A DNA stretch of 64,000 nt from a bacterium (GTDB taxonomy: Bacteria; RBG-13-61-14; DATKZS01). Position 1 is the stretch's first letter. Every line of letters begins with the position of its first letter. The position numbers and the translations under genes were made by a program. Under the pieces are notes generated by a model. That model did no database searches, was not told the DNA's origin, and was given only the letters and a program-made list of their open reading frames with translations. The stretch lies in contig CAXXFL010000006.1 of the NCBI GenBank assembly GCA_963674965.2, forward strand, positions 896,001 through 960,000, written 5' to 3'. Below, piece after piece: positions 48,263-57,766 of this stretch.

Positions 48263-48517
48263 CTAGCTCCTTTTTTTCCTGGTCTTCTTCGGCTTGGCTT
48301 TATTCGCCCCGGCCGCTTGTTCAATCGCCCCGGAGGCGTCCTCGACCGCCTCGCGCTTGATGGAAATAAAACCGCGCTTCTCGGCCGCCTCCATCTCCGG
48401 GGACAGGTATTCCCGGCCCAGCTTCCTGACCTCTCGCGGTTTCAAATGCAGTCCCCCGCCGTCGCCGGCCAGGTGCAGGGTCAACGGCTGAAACATAAGG
48501 TTCTTGATCTCGATCAT
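48263..48517 (-). CDS. Small hypothetical phage protein
   Basis: 84-aa ORF with AGGAGG RBS just upstream of the sheath. Confidence 0.6.
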   Translation of the reverse strand: MIEIKNLMFQPLTLHLAGDGGGLHLKPREVRKLGREYLSPEMEAAEKRGFISIKREAVEDASGAIEQAAGANKAKPKKTRKKRS

Positions 48518-48534
48518 TCAATTTCCTCCTTTTC

Positions 48535-49083
48535 TCAAGGCTTATAGGTAAAGTCCTCGTCAACTCCGTCGCGGAACTGGAAAATCAGGTCCTTGACCAG
48601 CTTCCCGTCCCGGACGAGGCCGTCGTATACCGGGCAATCCTCGATCCGGCATCGCCCGGAACTCTGTCTCAGGTTGGAAAGATTCACTCTTTTTAGCCCG
48701 CCCAGGGGGACCATTTCGGTTACGTTCAAAAAGCCTTCGTCCTCCACCTCCAGGACGGGATGCAACTGATAAAACCGGGCAACCTTCTCCTGGTATTCCA
48801 GAAGGCCCAACTCATGACCGGCGGTAACGATCAGGTCGAAATCGAGGTGATAGAGCCTCGGGTGTCTGCACTCCTCATAAGTCAGGCCGGGGATGTCCTT
48901 TTCCACCAGCTTGACCTGGGACCTGCGGTCCCCGTTCTCCGTCAGGGTCGGGCCCTGCAATACGACGCTCGGGACGTTGGGCACCTCGAAAACGTCATCC
49001 GAGAAGACCAGGACGGCGTCCTCCTCTATCTCGGCCTTGACCAGGCGAATGAAGCTTTCCACGACCAGCCGGATGCTTTCCAT
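48535..49083 (-). CDS. Putative tail terminator/completion protein
   Basis: Position and size; PSVVLQGP..YHLDFDLIV. Confidence 0.5.
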   Translation of the reverse strand: MESIRLVVESFIRLVKAEIEEDAVLVFSDDVFEVPNVPSVVLQGPTLTENGDRRSQVKLVEKDIPGLTYEECRHPRLYHLDFDLIVTAGHELGLLEYQEKVARFYQLHPVLEVEDEGFLNVTEMVPLGGLKRVNLSNLRQSSGRCRIEDCPVYDGLVRDGKLVKDLIFQFRDGVDEDFTYKP

Positions 49084-49092
49084 TTCAATCCT

Positions 49093-49578
49093 CTACAAGG
49101 CCGAACGGATGGCCCGCCGGTAGTTCTCGATCACCTCTTCCCGGTATTTTTCCATCACCGGATGCAGAAAAGGCCTGGGAGGGATCACCATCACCGCTCC
49201 GTTCGGGTGGTTGATGGTGGCTCCGTACTCCATGACCGCGCCGATGTTGACCATGTCCTCGCCATCCTTATTCACCGTTCCCCGCAGTAGTCCCACGAAG
49301 GCCCGGTCGGACATGATGCGCTGGGTAATGGCGTTCACCAGGAAGCCCGTGTCGATCAGCGCCTTGCTCGATCCCTTTTTCAGGATTGTGCTCGGAGCAA
49401 GCTCCGCGAACTGCTGTCCGCCCGGGGCCTGGCTTTTGATGCCCCGCTTTATCTCTCGGACCAACAGGATCGCGTTCTTGATGGTGGCTTGGCGCAAGGC
49501 CAGGGCCAGGCGAGCGCCGGGATTGCTCGCCAGCTTCGCCTTGGCCTTTTCCCAATCGCCGAATCTCTTAACTCCCAT
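49093..49578 (-). CDS. Virion morphogenesis/tail completion protein
   Basis: LAPSTILKKG..LIDTG.L..EYG..IPPRPFL. Confidence 0.85.
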   Translation of the reverse strand: MGVKRFGDWEKAKAKLASNPGARLALALRQATIKNAILLVREIKRGIKSQAPGGQQFAELAPSTILKKGSSKALIDTGFLVNAITQRIMSDRAFVGLLRGTVNKDGEDMVNIGAVMEYGATINHPNGAVMVIPPRPFLHPVMEKYREEVIENYRRAIRSAL

Positions 49579-49930
49579 GCAGCCTCACCAGTTTGATCAC
49601 CTTATGGGTGACGACGCCGAAGCAGCGCTCCTCTTCTATGGCCTGGACCCTGAAAGTGTCGTCGCCAAGCTGAAAGCGATCCTCGGTGCGGACATCCAAC
49701 TCCGGCAATACGCATGCCGTGGCGTCGATCTTGTTGGCCAGGTCCTCGGGTGGGGTCTCGATAAGCTCCATTGGAAACGTCTCTATCTCCGAGTACGAGG
49801 CGTCGTCGGAACCGAAGAGCCGCTCGCCGGGAACGCTCCGCCATAGAGTCGCCTCCAGCCCGGAAGCGAGGATCAGGTCCCTTACGTCCTCGGCCACCAG
49901 TTCCTTCTCCCGGTCAGACAAGAGGCTCAT
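49568..49930 (-). CDS. Putative head-closure protein
   Basis: Position; DVRTEDRFQLGDDTFRV beta pattern. Confidence 0.55.
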   Translation of the reverse strand: MSLLSDREKELVAEDVRDLILASGLEATLWRSVPGERLFGSDDASYSEIETFPMELIETPPEDLANKIDATACVLPELDVRTEDRFQLGDDTFRVQAIEEERCFGVVTHKVIKLVRLHGS

Positions 49931-50378
49931 TGTCCTTCCCCCGTTCATAAATCAAGGGCGAAAGTCCTTTCGGCGTAATGACGTAATCATCCGGGCTTAC
50001 CGTGGAACCGGGCTTGATCTCGCCGAGCCTAGCCTTGTAATAAGCCCTTAAGTCCTCCTCGAGTTGGGCCCAGTGCTCGGGCTGCTTGGTCTTGTCCACG
50101 CGCTTGTCCGCGCTCGAGAAGGAGAAAGCGTTGGCCGTGGCCGCCCTCATTGCCTGGCAGGCGTGTATGCGCCCCAAAAGAAGGAGCATCTCCAGGGTTT
50201 CGCCCTCCGGCTCAGGGGTTATCTCCCCGTTACTGATCGCCATCGAAACCTCGAGGTCCCGGGCCGCCTGATATACACCCTTGAGGATGCACCTCCCCAG
50301 GACCTCGTCCGTGAACAGCCCGGCGTCCGGATCGGAAAGGTCTTCGCGAAGACTAAGGATGAAATCACTCAGAGCCAC
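49914..50378 (-). CDS. Putative head-tail adaptor
   Basis: LREDLSD..LFTDE pattern; position after capsid genes. Confidence 0.55.
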   Translation of the reverse strand: MALSDFILSLREDLSDPDAGLFTDEVLGRCILKGVYQAARDLEVSMAISNGEITPEPEGETLEMLLLLGRIHACQAMRAATANAFSFSSADKRVDKTKQPEHWAQLEEDLRAYYKARLGEIKPGSTVSPDDYVITPKGLSPLIYERGKDNEPLV

Positions 50379-50754
50379 CCTCAACCTCCGCTAATCTCTT
50401 CTTCAGCGCGTCCAATACCTTCCGCCGCTTCTCCTTTTCCAGGCCCGCTTTCAATTTGGCGAGGTCATTTTCCTCGCCGACCCTGGAGATGGCCTCGGTC
50501 GCTGAAAGACTGGTGAAGTCCATATCCTCTTCGTCGCCTTTCTCGTCCGCGCCCGGCGCGTCGGCCTCTTGGTCCTCGAACAGGGGAGCGGCGCTCTTCG
50601 CGGCCTCGACCTTTACCAGGAAGCCGCGCTTAAGGGCCGCTTCCGTCCCCCTTGTCAGGCCCATCACCTCCACCACCTCTCCGGGGGAAAGCCTAAGACC
50701 CGCGTCGGGGACCATCAGGATGCCCGGGCGCGCGTTCTTTAGTTTTCTGGACAT
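50365..50754 (-). CDS. Hypothetical capsid-adjacent protein
   Basis: 129-aa ORF, GGAGG RBS; C-terminal EKRRKVLDALKKRL helix. Confidence 0.6.
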   Translation of the reverse strand: MSRKLKNARPGILMVPDAGLRLSPGEVVEVMGLTRGTEAALKRGFLVKVEAAKSAAPLFEDQEADAPGADEKGDEEDMDFTSLSATEAISRVGEENDLAKLKAGLEKEKRRKVLDALKKRLAEVEGGSE

Positions 50755-50766
50755 GGCCTCCCTCCC

Positions 50767-51630
50767 TTATCCGAGGAGCCTGATCTTGGCCAGGATTTCA
50801 GGGCGCGTCACGCCCTGGCCCTGCTCCGACCAGATCAGCCAGCCCGTCTTGAACTTGAGCTTCTGCTCGATGGCCTCGGTCTTGAGCGTCTCCCGCACCG
50901 GGAGCTTGCCGTATTCCTCGTCGGGGATGATGAGAATCTCGTCCAGAGGGGCCGCCGCCGTGAGCAGGATGCCGCCGGTGCCGTAGTTCTTGATCAGACC
51001 CTTGGCCCGAAGCTCGAGCTTGGTCTGAGGGTCCAGGTCCCAGCCGCGCATGTCGTTGAAACGCCGGCCCCGCATCACGATGTATTTCACCGAAAGCTCC
51101 ATGTCCTCGATGATCGAGACGGCCTCGTTGAGGGCCTCCTCGGTGAGCGCGTTCCCGGTCACCTCGACCGTGTTCTCGGCCGGGATAGCCGCCGTGATCA
51201 CGCTGAGCGTGCGCTTGTCGATTTCCTTTCTGATTTCATCGGCCGCCGCCGTCTGCATGTCCGTCAGCGTTCCGATGTTCCCGTGCTTCAACACCGAGAT
51301 GTCGACCATGGGAGCGGAATGGATGCGGTGAGTGGGGAACTCGACCTCGTCCTTTCCCACCTCGGTCTCCTGGGCCTCGCCCTCCTTGCTGATCCAATAG
51401 GCCTTTACCCGGGGCTTTTTCTGGTAGACCGGGCGCTCGCCCTTGGGCAGAGTGTGCTTGGTCAGGAGCAGCGAGGATATCTCCTTGCGCTTGATCTCCT
51501 GCTCGATGGGAGCCGCGATGGCCGCCGCCAGCGCGTGCATGCCCTCGGGGGATTCCAGGGCCTCGCTCATGAGCCTGGCCATGGTCTCCATGTATTCCTG
51601 GCTGTGTACGTTCATCAGGTTCGAATCCAT
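50767..51630 (-). CDS. Major capsid protein (compact HK97-like fold inferred)
   Basis: AYWISKEGE, ADEIRKEID; position after scaffold and decoration genes; strong RBS. Confidence 0.72.
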   Translation of the reverse strand: MDSNLMNVHSQEYMETMARLMSEALESPEGMHALAAAIAAPIEQEIKRKEISSLLLTKHTLPKGERPVYQKKPRVKAYWISKEGEAQETEVGKDEVEFPTHRIHSAPMVDISVLKHGNIGTLTDMQTAAADEIRKEIDKRTLSVITAAIPAENTVEVTGNALTEEALNEAVSIIEDMELSVKYIVMRGRRFNDMRGWDLDPQTKLELRAKGLIKNYGTGGILLTAAAPLDEILIIPDEEYGKLPVRETLKTEAIEQKLKFKTGWLIWSEQGQGVTRPEILAKIRLLG

Positions 51631-51643
51631 TTGCGCTTCCTCC

Positions 51644-52006
51644 TTAGATCAGCAGCCTGAACTTGACCAGTCCGTCCGATACCGAGATGGCCCTGGCGAT
51701 AACTTCCTCACCGGCAGCGACGCCGGAGGTGAGCTTGCCATTGCCCGACACCTTGAGGTCGTCGCCGGGATTGATAACCCCCTCGAAGACGTCGGTCTCG
51801 TAAATCCCGCCCATGCAGTAAACGCCGGGCATCTCGCCGTCCTTGTAGTCGGTTATAAGAAGGCCGAAGGACTTCTGCGTCGGATCGGTGTTCACCGCGA
51901 ACAGGTCGCCGCCCACGATCCTCACCACCTGGCCCCTCTGGCCCTCGCCCTGCATGTAGCCGTCGCCGTATGCCAGGCCTCGATGACACGGATTGATGTA
52001 AGACAT
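51644..52006 (-). CDS. Putative capsid decoration protein
   Basis: Gly-rich 120 aa (GIYETD..PGDDLKVSGNGKL) between scaffold and capsid. Confidence 0.6.
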   Translation of the reverse strand: MSYINPCHRGLAYGDGYMQGEGQRGQVVRIVGGDLFAVNTDPTQKSFGLLITDYKDGEMPGVYCMGGIYETDVFEGVINPGDDLKVSGNGKLTSGVAAGEEVIARAISVSDGLVKFRLLI

Positions 52007-52023
52007 CGCTTGTTCCTCCTTCC

Positions 52024-55000
52024 TTATTTCGCCTCGGCGGACTCGCCGGTGTTCGAAGACACCCGGTTGCGGTAAGCCGCCATGAACCCGGCCTTGAGCT
52101 TGTCCTCAAGCGTCTCCTTTTTGTCATCCACGTCCTTGGGCCGCACCCCGGCGTCACTGCGCATGGGAGGTTCCTGGTCGGATTTCTCGGCCCTGGATTT
52201 TTCCTTGTCGGCGGGAGGGTCTTCCTTCTTTTCGGTCTTTGCCTCGGCCCGACCCTTGATCATCCGCTCGTAGGCGGCCTCGGTCGCGGCAAAAGCGTCG
52301 TCGGTCATTTCCGCCAGACGTTTGAACTCGGCTTCGCGGTCCTCGTCGCTGTCGAAGGCGAGTCCCTGCTTTTCCAGCTTGCGGACGAGTTTCTGCGCCC
52401 GCGAACGGTTGGCCGCCGCCTGCTGTTCAGCCTCGAGTTCCTCGACCCGTTTCTGGAGAGAGGCAACCTGCTTCTTCAGTTCGCCGTTCTCCTTTTCCAA
52501 TTCCTTGATTCGGGTCTTGTCGTCGGTGGAGCCGCCACCTCCGCCCTCGTCCTGTTCTTCTTCCTTGCCTTTGGCGGCCTCGGCCCGCTCGTCTTTCTGC
52601 TTTTCCTTCTCGTCCATGGATGGACCTCCTTTTTCATGGTTTTCGGTTTCCGCGTCGTCAATATCCGCTACCTGGGTTATCCGCGCGTTCTCGTCCGCTC
52701 CCTTCCGGTCAAGAAGGCCCAGCCCGGTAAAAGTCACCCCATGCAGAATTTCGTACACGGGCTTTCCCTGGAATGAGCCTCCCTTGTTCTTCCGCAAATG
52801 AATGCAGTAGTCGGTCTTGTTCCTGACCTTCTTCCCGCACACCGAGCACTCGCCCTCCTCGTAATCGCACTCCATCGATACCTGGGTGATGATCCCGCGC
52901 TTCATCAGCTTGTAGGCCAGCTGGGCGTTCTGGCTGTCACCGGTATAAAGCTCTCCCACGCATTCGACCCGTCCGCCGTTCTCGTCCTCGATGAAGTCCG
53001 CGCCCACGATGCCGCCCACTATGTCGGTGAAGTCCTGCGAGTGCTTCAGGTCGATCTTCTTGTTGATAGCAGTCATGTATCTGGTGGAAAGCTCTTCCGG
53101 AGTGAAGTGGTCGCCGTTCTTGTTGGTCCCGGCCCGGCACAGCACGAAGGTGAATTGGGGGTCTCCGACGTGGTTGCCCATGTCGAGGGCCTCGGTGAAT
53201 AGTTCCTCAGACTCCATGATCTCGATATCGACCGGGACCGTTGTGTGGCAGGCTGCGGCGGACAGCGCCCCCTTGGAACGGGGCGCGCTCCTGGCCTTCG
53301 AGGCCACGAACAACAACTCCTTGGCGTGCTTGCCTTCCCGGCCTATGTCCTTGGCGATGTTATAGTCGACTTCCAGGCCGCTGACCTTGACCTGCCCGAA
53401 ATGATTGCCGAAGATTTCCTTGATCTCGTCCTCGCGGGGGAAGGCCCGGTCCCGGTAGGAGAGGAGAACTGCCCCGTACTTGCCCCGGGCGTCCGATGCC
53501 ATGGTCGTCATCAGTTCCCTGATCGACTCCTTGGTGTACTTCGTCCGGGAAGGGAAACTGCGCCTTGGGTTCGAGCCGATCTTCTTATCGGCCCAGCGGG
53601 TCATCAGCCCCTCCACGAAATGAAGGGAATCCTCGTAATCGTTCGACCCGAACTCCGTGACATAAGGCGGGTCCAGGTAAAGCACGTCCGCGCTGTAGCG
53701 CCTTACCGCCTCCGACGCCTCAAGGTTCGTGGCCTTGCATTCCTCCCCGTTGTCGAACACCAGGTTGTTGAGTTGATTGACCGAACGCCTGAAGGACTCG
53801 ATAAATTTCTTGAGAGGAGGGTTGGAAAGCTGCGACTGCTCCAGGCTGGCCTCCGCTTCCAGGTCCGCTTTCCGCTGCATCTTCGAGCGAGAGAACTGGC
53901 CGAAGGCGCTCTTGGACTTGACCGTTGTCCCCAGCGCCGCCAGCGCCAGATCCTTCTTGTAACCGGAGAGCTTCTGGATGTTGGACCACACCTGGTCGAG
54001 CCACTGGAGCACTGGCCTGGTGTAGTAATAGCCGTAGAAATGGTCCGCGATGAACGTGCCCGCGCCCGGATTGGGGGCGAGAAGCATGTCGATGTCCTCG
54101 TCGGTAAGTTTTTCGCTCGAATTCTCGACAACCGCCCGGGCCAGGTGGTGAGGGTACCTCAAGAGGTCATTGGCCATGACCTTGTATCCCTTTCGCTTCA
54201 GGTTGTAGGCCACGTTGGCCCCGCCCGAAAAAGCGTCAAGCACCGTCTTCGTGCCTTTGGGTATGTGGCTGTCGATCCAGCCCATCATGAGGTACTTGCT
54301 GCCCATGAAACCGGTGACCCGCACTGGGCCGCTTTTCCCGGCCACGCAACTTAAAAGGTCCACGGCGTCATCGAGAGGAGCATCGGCCAGAGCCCGCATG
54401 TTCTCCTCGATTCGCAAGGCCGCCTCGGCCGCCTGCTCGGACTCGTGCTTATCGATCCATTCCCTGGCCTTCTCCTTGCTCCAGCCGTCCGGAGTGTCAT
54501 CGGTCTTTCTGGCGAAACGATAGGCCTGGAGCACCATGCACTTGGGGTCGTGGCCTTCCTGGACGTGTTCTTTCTTAAGCCTCCCGACAATGATCGTGAC
54601 TCCATCCACTCCCTCGAGCGGCTTGGTTCGGAAGCTGTCCTTCTCGAACTGCTCGGGATCGCGCACCCGGTACCGGATCTCATTGTCGGTCTCGTCCCAG
54701 ATGGCCTCGGTATCGAGTTCGCCCTCTGCCCTGTCCTCCAGTGATGCCGCTGCTTTCTGGTCGGCCTTGCCCCGCTTGCAGATGAACAGCCGCTCCTTGG
54801 CGTGGGAGGCGTCACCGTGACGCGAGGTAATCGAGTAATGGTGATCATGCGAGCGCATGGTCGAGTCGTGCCCAAAGGAACTGATGATCCGCTTCATGTC
54901 CTTTTCGTTCGGGTAGGCGTGGTCCCGGTAGGAAATGAGCCAGTGAGGTATGTGCTTGGCCGCGCCCAGGAAGCCCTCGAAAAACTTGTTGGCGTTGGCC

Positions 55001-55899
55001 TTGGTCACGGTTATGTGGTCGGTCTCGTAATGTTTGGTCTTCGAGTCATCCTTGATCGTGAGCCCTTCCCAGTAGGTCATTAGGCCCTCGATAAAGTGAT
55101 AGGACTTTTCGTAGTTCGTGGTCGAAAACTCGGTGGCGTAAGGAGGGTCGAAGTAGACAAGGTCGACCTTCACTCCTGGGAGCAGTTCGTTAACATCCTT
55201 CCGGAATGCCTTGCAGTCCTTGCCGTTGTCGAAAACAAGAGCGTTGATCCGGGCTGCGTTCTTTTTGAAACGCTCCTTGAACTCGTCCGGCGAGTCTTCC
55301 CGCTTGCCGTACCGGGTCGAGGACGAGAAATGCCCGAACCCGCCCTTTCCGGACATGCAGGTTTTGCCCAGGGCGAAGAGCGCTATGTCCTTCTTGTAGC
55401 CGTCCAGCTTGTCGATATTGGCCCTGATGGTGTCGATCAGTCCGTGGACCCCGTTGGCGAAGAAGATTCCCTTGAACTTGTCCCGAACAAAAGTCTCGGC
55501 CTTGGGGTTGTCCGAAAGGAGCATCTCCAGGTCCTCGTCGGAGAGCCGGACCTTCTTGTTCTCGATAATCGCCCGCGCCGCATGGAAGCAGTAGCGCAGC
55601 CGGTCGTTGGAGATTACCCGAAGTCCCTTGGTCTTGTACATATAGGCCACCACCGCCGAGCCGGAGAAAGCGTCCAACGCCGACTCCACGCCCTCCGGTG
55701 TATGCTTCCAGATCCAGTCCACCAGCTTTTGCTTGGAGCCGATGTAGTTGGTGATGTACTTGGGACGCTTGCCCGGGGGAAGTTCGTCTTGAGAAACTTC
55801 CCTGGCCTGGGCCTCGAGTGCTTCGAAGTCCAGGTTTAGTGCCGCGTCGGTCTCCAGCAGGAAGGCCAACCGTTCGAAATCAGTGGCAAAAATTTCCAT
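52024..55899 (-). CDS. Fusion: two D12-class (FokI-like) adenine methyltransferases + small domain + prohead protease-like domain + scaffold
   Basis: YIGSK/DAFSGS/YFDPPY; FMGSK/DAFSGG/YLDPPY; NKNGDHF..IDLKH..VSMEC..CSVC..CIH..FTGLGLL..GAD; charged coiled-coil tail. Confidence 0.85.
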   Translation of the reverse strand: MEIFATDFERLAFLLETDAALNLDFEALEAQAREVSQDELPPGKRPKYITNYIGSKQKLVDWIWKHTPEGVESALDAFSGSAVVAYMYKTKGLRVISNDRLRYCFHAARAIIENKKVRLSDEDLEMLLSDNPKAETFVRDKFKGIFFANGVHGLIDTIRANIDKLDGYKKDIALFALGKTCMSGKGGFGHFSSSTRYGKREDSPDEFKERFKKNAARINALVFDNGKDCKAFRKDVNELLPGVKVDLVYFDPPYATEFSTTNYEKSYHFIEGLMTYWEGLTIKDDSKTKHYETDHITVTKANANKFFEGFLGAAKHIPHWLISYRDHAYPNEKDMKRIISSFGHDSTMRSHDHHYSITSRHGDASHAKERLFICKRGKADQKAAASLEDRAEGELDTEAIWDETDNEIRYRVRDPEQFEKDSFRTKPLEGVDGVTIIVGRLKKEHVQEGHDPKCMVLQAYRFARKTDDTPDGWSKEKAREWIDKHESEQAAEAALRIEENMRALADAPLDDAVDLLSCVAGKSGPVRVTGFMGSKYLMMGWIDSHIPKGTKTVLDAFSGGANVAYNLKRKGYKVMANDLLRYPHHLARAVVENSSEKLTDEDIDMLLAPNPGAGTFIADHFYGYYYTRPVLQWLDQVWSNIQKLSGYKKDLALAALGTTVKSKSAFGQFSRSKMQRKADLEAEASLEQSQLSNPPLKKFIESFRRSVNQLNNLVFDNGEECKATNLEASEAVRRYSADVLYLDPPYVTEFGSNDYEDSLHFVEGLMTRWADKKIGSNPRRSFPSRTKYTKESIRELMTTMASDARGKYGAVLLSYRDRAFPREDEIKEIFGNHFGQVKVSGLEVDYNIAKDIGREGKHAKELLFVASKARSAPRSKGALSAAACHTTVPVDIEIMESEELFTEALDMGNHVGDPQFTFVLCRAGTNKNGDHFTPEELSTRYMTAINKKIDLKHSQDFTDIVGGIVGADFIEDENGGRVECVGELYTGDSQNAQLAYKLMKRGIITQVSMECDYEEGECSVCGKKVRNKTDYCIHLRKNKGGSFQGKPVYEILHGVTFTGLGLLDRKGADENARITQVADIDDAETENHEKGGPSMDEKEKQKDERAEAAKGKEEEQDEGGGGGSTDDKTRIKELEKENGELKKQVASLQKRVEELEAEQQAAANRSRAQKLVRKLEKQGLAFDSDEDREAEFKRLAEMTDDAFAATEAAYERMIKGRAEAKTEKKEDPPADKEKSRAEKSDQEPPMRSDAGVRPKDVDDKKETLEDKLKAGFMAAYRNRVSSNTGESAEAK

Positions 55900-55978
55900 T
55901 CAGTTCTCCGGTAGCGGGCTTCTCACAAGTCCTGCCTGTAAAATTTGCGTGGGCTTGAATGAAGCTCCTATAGGTTAC

Positions 55979-56005
55979 ATACCGGAAACGAACTAAAAGT
56001 GTCGG
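55979..56005 (-). promoter_or_regulatory. Putative phage late promoter, copy 2 (CCGACACTTT-N10-CCGGTAT)
   Basis: Same motif and spacing as 39551-39577; 80 bp upstream of the methyltransferase-protease gene. Confidence 0.65.
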
Positions 56006-56024
56006 AAAAAAGTTGAAGAAAAAT

Positions 56025-56080
56025 GAAAAAACGACCCCCTCGCCACGTTCGGCAAAAAGCCTACTTGCCGCGAGGGGGTC
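56025..56080 (-). terminator. Possible intrinsic terminator of the DGR transcript
   Basis: 11-bp IR GACCCCCTCGC (56033-56043) / GCGAGGGGGTC (56070-56080) followed by a T run on the minus strand. Confidence 0.5.
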
Positions 56081-56198
56081 TTTCATATTCGGCCCGGCAA
56101 AATACCGGCCCGGGAAGGGGGCCAGGACTGATGGGGCTCGCTCCCCGGGAAATACTCCCGAGGACTCCGGCCATGCCTCCACGTCTCCGTGAAGGAAC

Positions 56199-56324
56199 TC
56201 AGTCCCCAGCACAACGGAATCCTATGTTGTTGTTCTGGTTAGTAGGCGTATTGTTGTTCCGGTTTGCTACGCGCAGGTTGTTCGTATTGTTGTTCCAATT
56301 GCCGCCGCGCAAAACGCGATACGT
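56199..56324 (-). ncRNA. DGR template repeat (TR)
   Basis: 126-bp ungapped match to 57825-57950; 14 Asn (AAY) codons in the target frame; overlaps the RT stop codon by 1 nt. Confidence 0.96.
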
Positions 56325-57400
56325 TATCGGCCACCCTCCCCAATCACGAATACAAACGATGGCAGCATTTGCGCTCTGAGTTTGTAGCTGTCGGCATAGG
56401 ACGCGTGAGACAGCCATGAAGTAACCGAGGCACCGATCTCCGAAAGCGCGACCTCGCCTCTCGAATATTCATCCTGCAACCGCCTCATCCTGGCCTTGAA
56501 GCGTCTGACGTTTTCCTTGCGCACCTTGGTCATGTGCGGCAGGTGCCTGAACCCGAGGAACTCCACTCCCTCCTTCACCGTGTATATCCTGCTCTTACCG
56601 TCATGGATTGAAAGTCGAAGCCCGGCCAGGTAATCGACCACCGCGGACCTGATCTCGTTCAGCCGATTCTTGTCGTCGCCGAAGATGCAAAAGTCGTCCA
56701 CATAGCGGACATACGGCCCGGCCCTGAGCTCCTCCTTAACCCAGTGGTCGAAGTCATTTAGGTAAAGGTTGGCGAAGAACTGGCTGGTCAGGTTGCCCAC
56801 CGGGATGCCGCGTCTCCTTTCATGCGGCGTGAACAGGCCGTCGCCGGGGTAGTAAATGATCGGCCCCTTGTCATTGAAACAGCGCGAGCCGATGATCTCG
56901 GAAAGCAGCCACATCGCGTCCCGGTCCGCGATCCTGCGCGAAAGTTTCCCGATCAGTATCTCGTGGTCAATGCTCTGGAAATATTTGCGGATGTCGCACT
57001 TGAGCACATACTTGTGGCGCTTGAGGAACTCCCGGAATCGCATGAGCGCTGCATGCGTGCCCTTGCCCTTTCTGCAGGCATAGCTGTCGGGGATGAAGCT
57101 TTTATCGAACAGCGGTTCGATAATATTGGTCACCGCGTGATGGACCACCCGGTCGCGATAGGGCGCGGCAGAAATCAGCCGCTTCTTTGCGTCCTTGACA
57201 ATGAAGTCGTGGTACGGGCCGTGATGATAGATTTTATGTAGCAGTTCGTCATGAAGCCGAAACAGGTTCCTCTCCAGGTCCATGTTGAAAATGAGCGTGC
57301 TCTCCCGGTAGCGCTTGCCATTCTGTGCTTTTTTGGAAGCCAGCAAGAGGTTCTGAAAACTCGCGATCTCGGGGAAGATGTTTTTGAAAGTCTTGGCCAA
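56324..57400 (-). CDS. DGR reverse transcriptase
   Basis: [46 protein letters not shown] (DGR-type SQ), RYVDDF, FLG. Confidence 0.96.
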   Translation of the reverse strand: MAKTFKNIFPEIASFQNLLLASKKAQNGKRYRESTLIFNMDLERNLFRLHDELLHKIYHHGPYHDFIVKDAKKRLISAAPYRDRVVHHAVTNIIEPLFDKSFIPDSYACRKGKGTHAALMRFREFLKRHKYVLKCDIRKYFQSIDHEILIGKLSRRIADRDAMWLLSEIIGSRCFNDKGPIIYYPGDGLFTPHERRRGIPVGNLTSQFFANLYLNDFDHWVKEELRAGPYVRYVDDFCIFGDDKNRLNEIRSAVVDYLAGLRLSIHDGKSRIYTVKEGVEFLGFRHLPHMTKVRKENVRRFKARMRRLQDEYSRGEVALSEIGASVTSWLSHASYADSYKLRAQMLPSFVFVIGEGGR

Positions 57401-57409
57401 TACTCCGCC

Positions 57410-57754
57410 TCACGTCTTCTTTGCCGCCTGCTTGCGCCAGCCGCCCACCTGGCTGCCAAGCTCGGTAATCATCTTCATCACGTGCTCGTAGCCCTTGTTG
57501 GAAAGAGCACCAAGGTCACGGCTAAGGCGAAGAAGAAAGCGAAGACGCTCCAGCCGTCGATTTGCTTCATCAAGCAGGTGTACTTTATCACGACGATATG
57601 ATGCCTCTGTTAAAATCTCAAGAATCGAAAGGCAATTGTCCACGATCCTCTCTCCGAGCGAATACTTAAGATCTTTTGGAAACTTTGAAACCCTTGGCAA
57701 AACCTCTTTGCACAGATCATACGCCTTTTGAACAGCGGGAAGTTCTTTCTTCAT
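57410..57754 (-). CDS. avd: DGR accessory variability determinant (four-helix bundle)
   Basis: 114 aa basic; KAYDL..FPK..KYSLGERI..LRFLLRLS..ELGSQVGGW; directly upstream of RT. Confidence 0.92.
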   Translation of the reverse strand: MKKELPAVQKAYDLCKEVLPRVSKFPKDLKYSLGERIVDNCLSILEILTEASYRRDKVHLLDEANRRLERLRFLLRLSRDLGALSNKGYEHVMKMITELGSQVGGWRKQAAKKT

Positions 57755-57766
57755 TTTTAAAAATTT

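Noticed and set aside
56199-56417. 72-aa ORF ending GFRCAGD as a second target gene
   Set aside because: It is the TR read in the target frame and overlaps the RT C-terminus.
56324-57400. Group II intron or retron reverse transcriptase
   Set aside because: The GxxxSQ motif, adjacent avd and adenine-specific TR/VR pair identify a DGR.
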